From contig NC_068983.1 in assembly GCF_001194135.2 (NCBI RefSeq), positions 49,786,271-49,850,270 on the forward strand: a stretch of 64,000 nt of DNA, given 5' to 3'. Below the pieces are notes generated by a model that had not been told where the DNA came from, did not search any database, and saw nothing but the letters and a program-made list of their open reading frames with translations. The translations under genes and the position numbers were made by a program. This document shows positions 63,672-64,000 of this stretch, piece after piece. The DNA is from Octopus bimaculoides (lineage: Eukaryota). Position 1 is the first letter of the stretch. Each line of letters opens with the position of its first letter.

Positions 63672-64000
63672 GTTCAGTAGTTTTATTTTTATAACGTGCT
63701 TTCACTTCACTACCGAGCGCAGCTCTGTGCGCCTTGGGTATATGCTGTGGTTTGCTGTGGTGCTCTTATGTTTACTGTATTGAAAGTGTTTTGTGTAGAA
63801 TGTGTGCAGTATCCAGTAGTGCAATTTTCTGTATGTTATATATATTTGTAAGTCCTGGTGTTTTTGTAATGTATTTGTCTGAATATTTTTTTATTATACC
63901 TAAGGCACCTACTATGAGAGGAATTGTTTCTGTTTTTAGATTCCACATTCGAGTTATCTCTATTTCCAGGTCCTTGTATTTTGAAAGTTCTTCCATTTCT
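63625..64000 (-). mobile_element. R4/Dong-like RLE retrotransposon 3' end with (TAA)n tail
   Basis: KYKDLEIEITRMWNLKTETIPLIVGALG...IQKIALLDTAHILHKTL*, 3' UTR, then (ATT)n at 63625-63672. Confidence 0.85.

Overview
A 64-kb, AT-rich, gap-ridden eukaryotic scaffold segment made up almost entirely of repeats. The SINE families, (TA)/(CA)/(GAT) microsatellites and overall style point to an octopus genome (inference from recognising the repeat families). I could not confidently identify a host protein-coding exon, rRNA or intact tRNA; most entries in the ORF track are microsatellite, gap or repeat artefacts. The centre (about 21.9-32.5 kb) holds two distinct, decayed L1/Tx1-clade LINEs arranged head-to-head around a ~250-bp spacer with a mirror-image TATA/CCAAT layout. 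The 3' end of one of them matches the tail of a local tRNA-derived SINE family. Elsewhere there are many 5'-truncated RTE 3' ends with a repeated hairpin module, three R4/Dong-type RLE retroelement fragments, Tc1/mariner fossils with DD34D, DD37D and DD41D-type spacing, pogo and hAT remnants, MITE-like palindromes, a tRNA-headed SINE-like element carrying a Penelope-type minimal hammerhead ribozyme, and a Penelope-like terminal structure with a second hammerhead and a 55-bp hairpin.
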